A stretch of 64,000 nucleotides of DNA, taken from the IMG/VR virus record IMGVR_UViG_3300036790_000419, positions 32,001 to 96,000 of that record; one strand, given 5' to 3'. The DNA comes from a virus. Below the pieces are notes generated by a model. The model worked only from the letters and a program-made list of their open reading frames with translations. It did not search any database and was not told the origin of the DNA. Shown here one piece after another: positions 9,279 through 18,947 of this stretch (the stretch's first letter is position 1; the number at the start of each line of letters is the position of its first letter). A program made the translations under genes and the position numbers.

Positions 9279-9863
9279 TTGCCCCTGACCCACCCGCACC
9301 GCCGCAGGCTGCCGAAGCACGCCCGGCACATCGCCCGGCAGATGCTGCGGCCCCGTGCCGCCTCGCGCGCCAGCGTCCTGATGTCGCACGTGCAGCAGCT
9401 CGACAGCGCCGTCAACCTCCGGGACTACCCGGACCGGCTGCCCCCCGACAGCGACCGGCATTCTCCCGGTGTCCGCGTCATCGCCGGCCCCGAGACCCGC
9501 TCCCTGCTGCGGCAGCTGCTGGCCTCCCGGGACCTGCGCACCCAGCAGCAGCTCGTGCGCGAGATCCGCCACCAGGTTCAGAAGCGGGTCCTGGCCGCGC
9601 TGCGCCGCGCCCGCGCCATGGAGCGCGCCCGCGAGCGCCTCGGCAAGGTCGCCCGGGGTGCCCGCCACCACGGGGGCCGGCTGCTCGGCTGGCTTCGCTC
9701 CGCTGCCGGACGCGCCCGCGGTGCCCGGGAGACCCGTACCGTCGGCAACCGCAAGCCCGTGACCCGTGCGCGCACGGGGGGCCAGGCCCGCACCCGCGAG
9801 CCCGTGGCCCGCACCCGCAAGCCCGCCGAGCGGGCTACCCGGGCCCGGACCGCGCGGCAGTGA
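9279..9863 (+). CDS. Highly basic hypothetical protein
   Basis: Open frame with codon bias; Arg-rich C-terminal ARTR repeats. Confidence 0.5.
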   Translation: MPLTHPHRRRLPKHARHIARQMLRPRAASRASVLMSHVQQLDSAVNLRDYPDRLPPDSDRHSPGVRVIAGPETRSLLRQLLASRDLRTQQQLVREIRHQVQKRVLAALRRARAMERARERLGKVARGARHHGGRLLGWLRSAAGRARGARETRTVGNRKPVTRARTGGQARTREPVARTRKPAERATRARTARQ

Positions 9864-10196
9864 TATTGACGCTCTCCGGTCAGGGGCCGTAGCCTCTGAC
9901 CGGAGAGCCCGAGAGGCCCAGTCCGCACCCGGCGCACCCGGGCGGGGACAGGTGCCCCGGGCCTGCCTCCGCTTCGGCAGGAGGCTCTATGAGGCCAGTT
10001 GCAGTCCCTTCGGCAGGGCAGCGACTGGCTTCACGCCTTTTCCGCAGCGCGCCGGCCTGGGATAACCGGGCCGTAATTGACAGGCACCCGGTTCCGCGGC
10101 CGGCTGGTGAGGCTGGCGGGGAGGGAACCGGGTGCCTTTCATGTCGACGCGAGCGCCACCGCACCTGGCGCGCTGTAGATCGCATGCGAGTCCAGT

Positions 10197-10937
10197 TTGC
10201 CTTACGAGCTGCTATATTCCAACCTCGGGGCCCCCTGGCCCTCGCTCGCGGAGCGCACGGTGACCGTGGGCGGGGTCCGCGTGCCCTTCGCCGAGGCGCT
10301 GCGCGCCGCTGAGATCCTGCGAGCCAGCCGGACGTCCGCCATCGCGCCGGTGCTGCGCTCGGCGGGCTCGCCGCTGGCCGGGTGCGATTACCTCGCCGCC
10401 GCCGCGCCCTACCTCGCCGCGGCCCGCGCCGTCCCCAAGACCGGCCGCGCCGGCGCGGCCGGCCGGCACGTCGCCAAGGACGCGTTCCTCCAGGCCGTCG
10501 CCCTGGCGCTGGCCGTCGCCCGCGAGCAGGACCTGGCTGACGCGCTGGAGGCGTTCACCTCCGACGAGCGGTACGCCGTGGCCATCGCCCGCGCCGCTGT
10601 CGACGCCCGTGAGCGCGCCTACGCCGCCGGGGTGCGCTCGGCCGTCCGCTCGGCCGTCGCCCGCGCTGTGGCCGCCTGCGGGGCCGTGCCGGGGCAGTTC
10701 TCGTGCTCGGCCGCCACCGCGTGCGGGACGGGCTGCTGCCGGTTCGCCGCGCCCGCGTACCGCGCGGCCGCCGCCCCGGCCGCCCCCGGCCGGTTCACCC
10801 GGCCGGCCAACCACACGGACGCCGGGCGGGGCTTCACCGAGGCCGGGGCCGCCACCGAGATCGCCGCCCGGGGCGGGCCCGCCCGCGGGGTGCAGGTCTG
10901 GGACGCCGATGCCCTGGCCGGCGGCGAGGCGGCGTGA
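10197..10937 (+). CDS. Ala-rich hypothetical protein
   Basis: Codon bias; start uncertain (in-frame TAG at 10176). Confidence 0.45.
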   Translation: MPYELLYSNLGAPWPSLAERTVTVGGVRVPFAEALRAAEILRASRTSAIAPVLRSAGSPLAGCDYLAAAAPYLAAARAVPKTGRAGAAGRHVAKDAFLQAVALALAVAREQDLADALEAFTSDERYAVAIARAAVDARERAYAAGVRSAVRSAVARAVAACGAVPGQFSCSAATACGTGCCRFAAPAYRAAAAPAAPGRFTRPANHTDAGRGFTEAGAATEIAARGGPARGVQVWDADALAGGEAA

Positions 10938-11045
10938 GGCCTGCTGGAGCAGGATCCCGATGCCCTCGTGCGGGGGCTCATGCTGCTCACCCCGTACCAG
11001 CGAGCCGCGCCGCGGCTCGCGCTCGCCGCGGCCGATTCCCCCGGC

Positions 11046-11327
11046 ATGTCACTGGTTACCAGCGCCGAGCAGGCTGCCGAGAAGGTCTTCCGCGAGGTGG
11101 AGGCCAAGGTTGAGGAGTTCGACGGGGAGGCGCTGGCCGAGGCCCGGCGGCTGCTCGCTGACGCGAAGGCGGCGGAGTCCCGGCTGGTGGTCCTGCTGGG
11201 CAATTACCGGACCGAGATCGGGGCGCTGGTCGCGAAGTACGGGCCGGAGGTCGTGACGGACGTCGACGCCGAGCTGGCGAAGCTGCTGGCCCAGGTCGAG
11301 GGGCTGTTCGGCACCGCCGGGCGGTGA
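11046..11327 (+). CDS. Coiled-coil hypothetical protein
   Basis: ATG 13 nt after CGAT box. Confidence 0.55.
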   Translation: MSLVTSAEQAAEKVFREVEAKVEEFDGEALAEARRLLADAKAAESRLVVLLGNYRTEIGALVAKYGPEVVTDVDAELAKLLAQVEGLFGTAGR

Positions 11328-11752
11328 GGGTCCCCCGTGCGGCTGCCATTATGGGCCTTGCCGACGGCACCACCACCGGCACCGGGCTTTCCCTGGCCCT
11401 GTACATCGCTCACCAGTCGCACCTGGCCGTGTGGCTGGCAGGGCTGTCCGGGGGCCTGGCCGCGTTTCCTGGCATGTCTTCGGGCCGCTATCAGTCGGAC
11501 CCGGGCGACGGCATCGGCGGCGCGGTCGTCTGCGGTGCGGCTACAACTGCCGGATCAGTGCTGGTCGCACTTCCTTTCGCGTTTGCGTCAGGGCGCGCTG
11601 CTCTCCTTGCGGGTGGCCTCGTCACCCTTGCCCTGTGCTCTGTCGTCGCTGTGATAAGGCCGGACACCGGGTGGCGGGCGTGGGCGCTGAGCTACGGGAT
11701 TACCGCCGTAGCGGCCGGGCTGTGCATCGGTGCCGGCGTCATGACGCAGTGA
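11324..11752 (+). CDS. VIT1/CCC1-like membrane protein
   Basis: IMGLADG and GLSGGLAAFPGMSSGRYQS resemble VIT1 family motifs; about 5 hydrophobic segments. Confidence 0.5.
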   Translation: MRVPRAAAIMGLADGTTTGTGLSLALYIAHQSHLAVWLAGLSGGLAAFPGMSSGRYQSDPGDGIGGAVVCGAATTAGSVLVALPFAFASGRAALLAGGLVTLALCSVVAVIRPDTGWRAWALSYGITAVAAGLCIGAGVMTQ

Positions 11753-11765
11753 CGATCGCAGGGGC

Positions 11766-12074
11766 GTGGCGTTCGTCAGGTTCCTGGTCCACTTCTTCGG
11801 CTGTGACTACGGGGCCGCCTACGGGAGGTTCGTCCCCTACGACTTCTGGTCGGGCGTCGCCGGCTCGTTCCTGGTCGGGGTGGTCGTCTTCGGCGGCACC
11901 TGGTACCTGAGCCACACCTGCCACGGGTCGGCGTGGTGCCTGCGCTGGGGAAAGTACCAGGCGGCGGGCGGGACGTTCAAGCTCTGCCGGCATCATCACC
12001 CTGACCTGCGCGGCCAGCGCCCGCACCGCGAACTCATCGAGCGGCTGCACCGCGAGCACCAGGCCCGGACGTAG
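11766..12074 (+). CDS. Membrane protein with Cys/His C-terminal tail
   Basis: One TM segment, then CH..WC..LCRHHHP. Confidence 0.55.
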   Translation: MAFVRFLVHFFGCDYGAAYGRFVPYDFWSGVAGSFLVGVVVFGGTWYLSHTCHGSAWCLRWGKYQAAGGTFKLCRHHHPDLRGQRPHRELIERLHREHQART

Positions 12075-12082
12075 CAGCAGGC

Positions 12083-14875
12083 ATGACGCCCGTCCTGCCT
12101 GACGCTGCCCGGATGTCCCGCGACGCCCGCCGTACCGCTGCCGCCCGCGTCCGGGCCCTGGACGACATCCAGCCGTTCCCCGGGCTGGAGTGGTTCAACT
12201 CCGCGCCGTGCGAGAGGCACGAGTCGCTGAACATCCTGTGCCGCCGCTGCGGCGTCAGGCTGCGCAGGCACCAGCGGATCGGGGCCTCGTGGATGTACCT
12301 GGGGCTCCCGGGCCTGCTGGGCGACACCATGGGGCCTCAACCACTAGACGCCAAGGTGCTGACACCGGGCGGCTGGGCTCTTATGGGAGAGTTGCAGGGC
12401 GGGGACGAGGTAATCGACCCAGACGGTTCGTCGTCGGAGGTCGCTGAGGTCATCCCGCAGGGCACCCAGGACGTCTACCGGATCACGTTCTCGGACGGGA
12501 CCTCGGCTGAGTCCACGCTCGGGCACCTGTGGGAGGTTCGGGGTATGGGCAACGACCGGTACCGGTACAAGACCCGGGTCGGTCGTGAGCAGCGGGACGT
12601 GTCTGCGTGGAAGGTCCGCACGCTGGGCGAGATCCGGGCCCTGAAAGGTAATTTCGCCGTTCCGCTCATGCGACGGGCTCCGGATCTCGCTGTTGCGGAC
12701 GGAACCCTCCCCCTGGACCCTTATTTGCTCGGCCTCCTGCTGGGCGACGGGTCACTGAGCAAGCACACCCCGGAATTCGGCTCTGCGGACCAGGAATTGC
12801 TGACGGCTGCGAAGGAACTTCTCCCGAAAGGCTGGGGCTGGACGTTCACGCAGTATCGCACGGGGTGCGAGTGGTACCGCTTGAACGGCAGTCAGCCCGT
12901 TTTGCGGTCACTCGGCCTGTTCGGCAAGCGGGCCTGGGAGAAGGCGGTTCCCGAGCAGTACAAGTGGGCTTCTGCCGAAGCCCGGCTGGCCCTGCTCCAG
13001 GGGCTCATGGACACGGACGGAAGCTGGGCGGCGTGTGCTGGCGCGGAGTTCGGCTCTGCGTCGCGCCAGCTTGCTGAAGATGTTGCGGATCTGGGCCGTT
13101 CGCTTGGCTTGCGTACGTCGTCGGTGCGGGCCAAGAAGACCAGCTACACCTATAAGGGGGAGAAGCGGCAAGGGCGGGATGCCTACCGGGTAACCGTTGC
13201 TCCCGCGCCTGGCCGGATTCTGTTCCGGCTCGCTCGAAAGGTCCGGCCTGCACCCCGTCAGCGCGCGCACGGGGACATGACCAATGCCGGAGCGCGGTCG
13301 CATCATCAGCGTGACCAGCGGGTCAAGTGGATTCGCACGATCGAGTACGCCCGGACCGTGCCGGTGCAGTGCATCCGGGTGACCGCGCCATCGCAGCTGT
13401 ACGTTACCGATGACTGGACCGTCACCCACAACAGCGGCAAGACCGCCCAGATGCTGGCGATGCTCGCCATGTGCAAGCAGAACGGGGAGCTGGGGCTGCA
13501 CAACCGGGCGGTCATCGTCTGCCGGGCCGCCGCGACCTGGGACCCGTGGGGGAACGAGCTGGGGCGGCTGCTGCCCGGCATCAGCGCCTACGTCGCCGAC
13601 GGCACCCGCGAGCAGCGCATCCGCGGCTACATGGGCAACTGGGAGATCGCGGTCGTGTCCGACCGCACGCTGGGCGGCGCGCACGGCAAGCGGCAGTCCC
13701 GCGAGGGCGACGTGGCACTGCTTGAGCAGTTCCCGGTCGGGATCTTGATCTACGACGACGTGGACCCCCTGCGCAACCACCTCACCGAGACCAGCGCGGC
13801 GGTCAACCGGCTGGCCGCGCAGTGCCGGCGGGTCCACGGGGCGCACGCCACCCCGACGCAGAAGCGCCTGGCGGAGCTGTGGTGCATGGTGCAGCCGGCC
13901 GGCGGCCGGTCGGCCCTCGGGTCACTGGACTACTTCGAGACCAAGTTTTCCGGTCCGGTCTCCAGGACCATCCTCACCCGGGACCCGGACGACCCGACGG
14001 GCCGCCGCCGCGTCCGCAAGAAGGTGCAGCTCGGCAACGGGGGCGGGATCGTCTCCGACCCGAAGAAGGCAGCCGAGCTACGCCGGCTCATCTACCCCCT
14101 GGTGCTGCGGCGCACCGCCAAGGACATCGAGGGTGACGTGGCGATGCCCGCCGTCCAGTACAACCCGGTGTTCCTTGACCTGAACCCGCGCCAGCGGGCC
14201 CGCTACGAGGAACTGCGCCGGGGCACGCTGCGACGGCTCAGGGAAAGCGGCGAGGTGGTCACCCAGACGGAGGCCGCCGCGGCGTTCAACTACGGGTGGC
14301 AGATCTGCAGCGGCCTGGCCGCCATCGACGAGGGGCCGGGGGCTGACGACTCGTGCAAGTTCGACTGGCTGATGAACCTGCTCACCGGCGACCTGAGTGA
14401 CGAGAAGGCGGTCTGCTTCGTCTACTTCAAGAAGAACGTGGCGGCGCTCGCACGGCGGCTGCAGGCCGAGGGCATCGGCGGCGTGCTCATGTGGTCGGGC
14501 GAGACCGACAAGCGCGAGCGGGCCCGCCGGCTGGCGCGGTTCCACGAGGACCCCAAATGCCGGGTGCTCATCGGCACTACCACGATCGAGGCCAGCCTCA
14601 ACTTGCAGGTGGCCCGCCAGGTCGCCCTGGTCGACACCATCCTCAACCCGGCACGGATGGCCCAGATCGTGGGCCGGTGCGCCCGGGTGGGCAGCCAGTT
14701 CCCGACGGTGTACGCGCACCACCTGCTGGCCAGGCACACCCAGGAGGACGCCTACCTGCCGATGCTGCGGCAGGAGGGCGAGATCGCCGACACGGTGTGG
14801 GACGAGAAGCAGAGCCTGTTCACCGCGCTGAGCCCGCGGCAGATCATGCGCCTGGTGGCTTTCGGCAAGCTCTAG
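12083..14875 (+). CDS. SNF2-family helicase with intein
   Basis: LRRHQ, GDTMG[intein]SGKT Walker A, ATP motif III, LRRT, SLNLQ, QIVGRCARVG. Confidence 0.85.
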   Translation: MTPVLPDAARMSRDARRTAAARVRALDDIQPFPGLEWFNSAPCERHESLNILCRRCGVRLRRHQRIGASWMYLGLPGLLGDTMGPQPLDAKVLTPGGWALMGELQGGDEVIDPDGSSSEVAEVIPQGTQDVYRITFSDGTSAESTLGHLWEVRGMGNDRYRYKTRVGREQRDVSAWKVRTLGEIRALKGNFAVPLMRRAPDLAVADGTLPLDPYLLGLLLGDGSLSKHTPEFGSADQELLTAAKELLPKGWGWTFTQYRTGCEWYRLNGSQPVLRSLGLFGKRAWEKAVPEQYKWASAEARLALLQGLMDTDGSWAACAGAEFGSASRQLAEDVADLGRSLGLRTSSVRAKKTSYTYKGEKRQGRDAYRVTVAPAPGRILFRLARKVRPAPRQRAHGDMTNAGARSHHQRDQRVKWIRTIEYARTVPVQCIRVTAPSQLYVTDDWTVTHNSGKTAQMLAMLAMCKQNGELGLHNRAVIVCRAAATWDPWGNELGRLLPGISAYVADGTREQRIRGYMGNWEIAVVSDRTLGGAHGKRQSREGDVALLEQFPVGILIYDDVDPLRNHLTETSAAVNRLAAQCRRVHGAHATPTQKRLAELWCMVQPAGGRSALGSLDYFETKFSGPVSRTILTRDPDDPTGRRRVRKKVQLGNGGGIVSDPKKAAELRRLIYPLVLRRTAKDIEGDVAMPAVQYNPVFLDLNPRQRARYEELRRGTLRRLRESGEVVTQTEAAAAFNYGWQICSGLAAIDEGPGADDSCKFDWLMNLLTGDLSDEKAVCFVYFKKNVAALARRLQAEGIGGVLMWSGETDKRERARRLARFHEDPKCRVLIGTTTIEASLNLQVARQVALVDTILNPARMAQIVGRCARVGSQFPTVYAHHLLARHTQEDAYLPMLRQEGEIADTVWDEKQSLFTALSPRQIMRLVAFGKL
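12335..13432 (+). mobile_element. Class 3-type intein with LAGLIDADG homing endonuclease
   Basis: Starts PQPLDAKVLTP, block B TLGHLW, LLGLLLGDGS and LLQGLMDTDGS, block F VQCI, ends VTHN/S. Confidence 0.85.
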
Positions 14876-14908
14876 TCACTTGACTCAGGTAAAGATAAGA
14901 TGGCGGGT

Positions 14909-15634
14909 ATGGGACTAAGAATTCACAAGGCAATCGGCTGGGGGCTGACCAGCCTGGCTCCGGGTGAAGACGGGCAGGCCGACTCCCGCGTCAACTGGAA
15001 GGCCGAGCCGTTCAAGTACGAGGGGCGCACCGGGCGGGAGTACCTGGCCTGGCTGCGCGAGCAGGCGGAGGTTCGCCGCCGGAACGGCCTGCAGTGGTTC
15101 TCGATCGACTCCATGACCCTGGGCGACGCTGAGTGGCTGGATAAGTTCGGCGGCGAGCCGGTCTGGCAGACAGTCACCTACAGCCCCGAGTACGGGCTCC
15201 CCGAGGTGCTGGTCATCCGGCCCTTCGTCTGCACGGACTGGTCCCGGACGGACGACATGATCGACTACTCGGCCGAGAGACTCAGTCACCCGGATGCGGA
15301 GAACTGGTGGGCACCCGTCCGCGGGGGCATTCACCCGTTCGAGGGCCTGTTCATGGATGCCGAGACCGGTGAGAGCCTGCCGCACGCCGTCGTCCAGTGG
15401 GTCCGCCTCGTCAACGGCCTGACCGAACGCGGTGTCTCTGACGAGGAGGCCAGGCTGGGGCTGGCAGCGGCGGTGCGCGCGTGGACGCCGTACAGGTCGC
15501 AGGCCGAGGCGAAGGCACGCATCGTGCCGCGGGTGCCGGAGGAGGTCCGCGACCTCGCGGAGTACCTAGACCTGTTCACCGACGCTGCGGTCTGGCGGCA
15601 GCTCCGGCCGGTGCTCTACACGTACTGGTCGTAG
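14909..15634 (+). CDS. Hypothetical protein
   Basis: Long ORF; operator variant CTTGAC-TCAG-GTAAAG at 14879-14894; start may be 14900. Confidence 0.6.
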   Translation: MGLRIHKAIGWGLTSLAPGEDGQADSRVNWKAEPFKYEGRTGREYLAWLREQAEVRRRNGLQWFSIDSMTLGDAEWLDKFGGEPVWQTVTYSPEYGLPEVLVIRPFVCTDWSRTDDMIDYSAERLSHPDAENWWAPVRGGIHPFEGLFMDAETGESLPHAVVQWVRLVNGLTERGVSDEEARLGLAAAVRAWTPYRSQAEAKARIVPRVPEEVRDLAEYLDLFTDAAVWRQLRPVLYTYWS

Positions 15635-16018
15635 CTACCGCACGTCCACGGTCGCCCCGGCGACCTGGAGTGCCTCTACGGCCTTTTCCGCGGTCGCGCG
15701 GTCTGCGTTCTCCAGTACGGTGACCGGAGCCCGCTCCACCAGGTCCTTGGCCTCCTTGAGGCCCAGCTTGGTGAAGACCCGGACCTCCTTGATGACCTGG
15801 ATCTTCTTGGGGCCCGCGTCCTCGATGACGACATCGAACTCCGTCTGCTGGTCTTCCTCCTCCGGTGGCGCGTCAGCGACGGCGGGCGGCGTGCCGTTGA
15901 CCGACACGGCGGCGGTCACCCCGAATGTCGTCTCGAAGTCCTTCACGAACTCCGCCAGTTCCAGCACGGTCATTTCCCTGAACGCACCCATCAGGTCGGC
16001 GCTGCTCAGCTTCGCCAT
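15635..16018 (-). CDS. rplL: 50S ribosomal protein bL12 (L7/L12)
   Basis: [49 protein letters not shown]; AAGGAGG SD. Confidence 0.95.
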   Translation of the reverse strand: MAKLSSADLMGAFREMTVLELAEFVKDFETTFGVTAAVSVNGTPPAVADAPPEEEDQQTEFDVVIEDAGPKKIQVIKEVRVFTKLGLKEAKDLVERAPVTVLENADRATAEKAVEALQVAGATVDVR

Positions 16019-16095
16019 CTGTCCTCCTTGGCCTGATTGTGACCGTCATCGTAGCGGGCTCCCGCTGTCGGTGATGCGTGACGATCACGCGGGAC

Positions 16096-16299
16096 ATGGC
16101 ATCTACACGGGTTGAATGGTTCCTGGCGGCCAAGAAGGCGCTGCGCGCTCACCGGGACTGGACCGACGAGCAGGTGGCGAACCACTGCGGCATCCCGCTC
16201 GCCGTCGCCGGCGAGATCATCCGCCCGGCCCGTCAGGAGGTCGAGCAGGACCAGACGGACCCGGCCTCGCGGCACGCGAAGCGGATGACCGGTGACTGA
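16096..16299 (+). CDS. Small helix-turn-helix-like protein
   Basis: WTDEQVANHCGIP; CGAT box 14 nt upstream. Confidence 0.5.
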   Translation: MASTRVEWFLAAKKALRAHRDWTDEQVANHCGIPLAVAGEIIRPARQEVEQDQTDPASRHAKRMTGD

Positions 16300-16984
16300 G
16301 GCAGAGGTCCGGGCGCGGATCGGCGAGCTGGTCACGGAAATCGTGCCGTCGGCCCGGTCGGAGGCCTACCGGGTGTGGCAGCGCGCCCCGCACGCCCTGG
16401 AGATGGACGAACTCGAAGCCCTGGCCCTGTCGGGCCTGGCCGCCGCTGCGGCCCGCTGGCCCGTGTACTGCGCTTCCCGGGGGTACAGCCCGACGGCCTG
16501 GGAGTTCTTCAGGGCTTACGTGACCAGGCGCATGCGGGGCGCGATGCTCGATCACCTGCGGTCGCAGGACTGGGTGACCCGCAGTGCCCGGACCAGGGCC
16601 AAGGCGCTGCGCGAGGCAGGCCAGGACCGCGGGCTGAGCGACGCCGAGCTGGCACGGGCGACGGGCATGGGCATCGACGAGGTGCGTGCCACCGCCGCCG
16701 CCGTCTCCGCGCGCCCGGTGTCGATCGACGCCGAGCCCTACGACGTGGCCGGGACCGACGACGTGGAGGGCCAGGCCGTGGTGTCGCAGGTCCTCGCCGC
16801 GATGACGGGAGTGATTAGCCGCCTGAGCGATCACGGGCGCGTGATACTGGTTTTGCACTATTACCAGGGCATGACCGTCCCCGAGCTTGCCCCGTACGTC
16901 GGCGTAACACCAGATGAGGCCGCCAGGCTTCACCAGGAGGCGATCCTGGAGTGCCATCGGGCAATGCTGGGGGTAGTGGCGTGA
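16292..16984 (+). CDS. RNA polymerase sigma factor, FliA/WhiG-like
   Basis: AYVTRRMRGAMLDHLRSQDWVTRSAR is the sigma28-family region 2 signature; region 4 ILVLHYYQGMTVPELA. Confidence 0.85.
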   Translation: MTEAEVRARIGELVTEIVPSARSEAYRVWQRAPHALEMDELEALALSGLAAAAARWPVYCASRGYSPTAWEFFRAYVTRRMRGAMLDHLRSQDWVTRSARTRAKALREAGQDRGLSDAELARATGMGIDEVRATAAAVSARPVSIDAEPYDVAGTDDVEGQAVVSQVLAAMTGVISRLSDHGRVILVLHYYQGMTVPELAPYVGVTPDEAARLHQEAILECHRAMLGVVA

Positions 16985-17319
16985 AGTACGAGCTGTACGC
17001 GGTTGAGATCGAGGTCTGCTCGAACCCGCTGACTTACGAGCTGGAGCACCGCCGCGATGAGCACGGACAGGGTTCCCCGCTTACCTGGGAGACAAGGGCA
17101 GGCGCGGAGGCTTACATCGAGGGCATCAAGCGCGAGGCCGGTGACCTCGAACTGGACATCTTCCAGGTGGTGCCGCTGACCGGCGAGACGGACAGCGAGA
17201 ACGAGGACTCGTTTGACTTCCTGACGGAAGCAGAGCGGGCCAGCTCGGCACCCGCCGGGGTTCCTTACCGTGAGCTGACCGACGCTGAGGCGGCGGCCGA
17301 GGAAGCGACATGGGGCTGA
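16981..17319 (+). CDS. Acidic hypothetical protein
   Basis: GTGA overlap. Confidence 0.55.
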   Translation: MKYELYAVEIEVCSNPLTYELEHRRDEHGQGSPLTWETRAGAEAYIEGIKREAGDLELDIFQVVPLTGETDSENEDSFDFLTEAERASSAPAGVPYRELTDAEAAAEEATWG

Positions 17320-17753
17320 CTGCCCTTGAAAAGCAGGCCGGGCGGGCGTTCCGCGACGCTGCCCAGGCTGTCCTCGACAGCCGGAACAGGCTGGACCCGC
17401 CTGGCGTGTTCGTCTTGCCGCTGTGGCGGGTGGTCCGGCACGAGTGCCCGGCTGCGGGCGGGGCCTCTATCGGCATCACGCTGCGCGAGGAGTGCGAGGA
17501 GAGCCCGGAATACTGGGGCTGCTACTGCGGAACCGTTACCACCTGGGGCACGCCGAACTTTCCGCACGAGGACTGCGATGGCAGTAGCGTCATTGCTGTG
17601 GTCGGGCGGTTCGCGTTCGTCTGGAAAGAGGGGAAGTGCTCCGGGTGCGGCCTGACCGTCCGCACCCGCCGCGGGCGCTTCGTTGCCGATCGCCCGCTCA
17701 GCCACGGAAGGACCAGCGGTGAGCAGCGACGACCGGCCAGCCCACATCCTTGA
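17310..17753 (+). CDS. Cys-rich hypothetical protein
   Basis: Overlapping operon gene. Confidence 0.5.
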   Translation: MGLTALEKQAGRAFRDAAQAVLDSRNRLDPPGVFVLPLWRVVRHECPAAGGASIGITLREECEESPEYWGCYCGTVTTWGTPNFPHEDCDGSSVIAVVGRFAFVWKEGKCSGCGLTVRTRRGRFVADRPLSHGRTSGEQRRPASPHP

Positions 17754-18300
17754 GATCCCCGAGTCCCTCGGGCGCGACGTGGACGCCTTCTACGCGGGCA
17801 AGAGGCCCGCGCCGCCCGTGGAAGCGTTCATGTCCGACGCCGCCCTTCAGCAAGTAGAGCAGCAGACCCGCGCCGCATCTGCGCCGGTCCACGCCGAGGA
17901 CCTGGTGCCTATCAGCAAGGCGGAAGCCGCCGCGCGCACCACGTTCGACGGCGAGCACCTGCCGAGGGTGCCGGCGACAAGGCGCGTTATCCCTGCGCCG
18001 TTCCGCCGCCCCCGGTTCGACCTGGACCGGCACGGGCGCGACTGGACTACCTGCCGGGCCGACGACGTGGCCCCGGGGGACATGGTGGCGGTGGACGGGA
18101 CGTCGTTCCGGGTCGCTGCGGTCGAGCCCGTGCTCAGGTACGAGGTGGTCGCCGGCATCCCCGACGTAGCAGTAGGCATGAAGGTCATCATCACCGGGAT
18201 AGCCGGTAACCAGCTCGTGTTCGAGCCTGGCTCCAACGTCAGGGCCTTCCGCCTGGCCGAGTTATGGCCACCTGGGCGGGATGGCGGGGGCTGGATCTAG
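17719..18300 (+). CDS. Hypothetical protein
   Basis: GGAAGGA SD before GTG; codon bias. Confidence 0.55.
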   Translation: MSSDDRPAHILEIPESLGRDVDAFYAGKRPAPPVEAFMSDAALQQVEQQTRAASAPVHAEDLVPISKAEAAARTTFDGEHLPRVPATRRVIPAPFRRPRFDLDRHGRDWTTCRADDVAPGDMVAVDGTSFRVAAVEPVLRYEVVAGIPDVAVGMKVIITGIAGNQLVFEPGSNVRAFRLAELWPPGRDGGGWI

Positions 18301-18947
18301 GGTGTGGTGTTGGTATCTCCACCGACGGCTACGTCAAGGCCGGGGCCAAGATGACCGGGATCGACCTGAACCCGGACGTCGGCGAGTACTACCCGGGTGA
18401 GTTCCAGTGCCGGGACATGCTGACGGTGGGCACCGAGGAGCTGCGCAGCTACGATTTCGTGCACGTCGGGCCGCCGTGCCAGCGGTGGAGCAGGATGCTC
18501 AGCTGCCGCCCCGGCCTGGCTGAGCGGTATCCCGACCTCATCACCCCGATGCGGCCCCGGCTCATCGAGGCCGGCGTGCCGTACGTCATCGAGAACGTGG
18601 AGAACGCGCCGCTGGAGGGCGCGGTCTGGCTGTGCGGGCTCATGTTCGGCTTTGAGCTGTACCGGCACCGCGGGTTCGAGGCGGGCAACGGCCTGGTAAT
18701 CCCGAGGCTCCGCCACCCGGAGCACACGATGCCCGCCAGCAAGGCTGGGCACTGGGTGCCGGGTACGGTGATGTCGATCGCCGGGCACGCCGCTCCCATC
18801 GCCCGGGCCCGGCAGTTGATGGACGTGGCCCGGCACGTGCCGCGCGAGATGCTGGTGGAGGCCGCCCCTGGCTACATGACCGCCTACGTGGCCGCGCACA
18901 TGACGGCCTACCTGAGCAGGGAGGCGGCGTTATGGCGGACGCTGTAG
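18264..18947 (+). CDS. Short DNA (cytosine-5) methyltransferase-like protein (second paralogue)
   Basis: LDLGCGVG, GPPCQ, YVIENV, LCG, RHR. Confidence 0.75.
   Translation: MATWAGWRGLDLGCGVGISTDGYVKAGAKMTGIDLNPDVGEYYPGEFQCRDMLTVGTEELRSYDFVHVGPPCQRWSRMLSCRPGLAERYPDLITPMRPRLIEAGVPYVIENVENAPLEGAVWLCGLMFGFELYRHRGFEAGNGLVIPRLRHPEHTMPASKAGHWVPGTVMSIAGHAAPIARARQLMDVARHVPREMLVEAAPGYMTAYVAAHMTAYLSREAALWRTL

Noticed and set aside
10107-10196. In-frame TAG at 10176 upstream of the 10197 ORF, suggesting readthrough or recoding
   Set aside because: Single case; TAG ends many genes normally and no suppressor tRNA (CTA anticodon) was found
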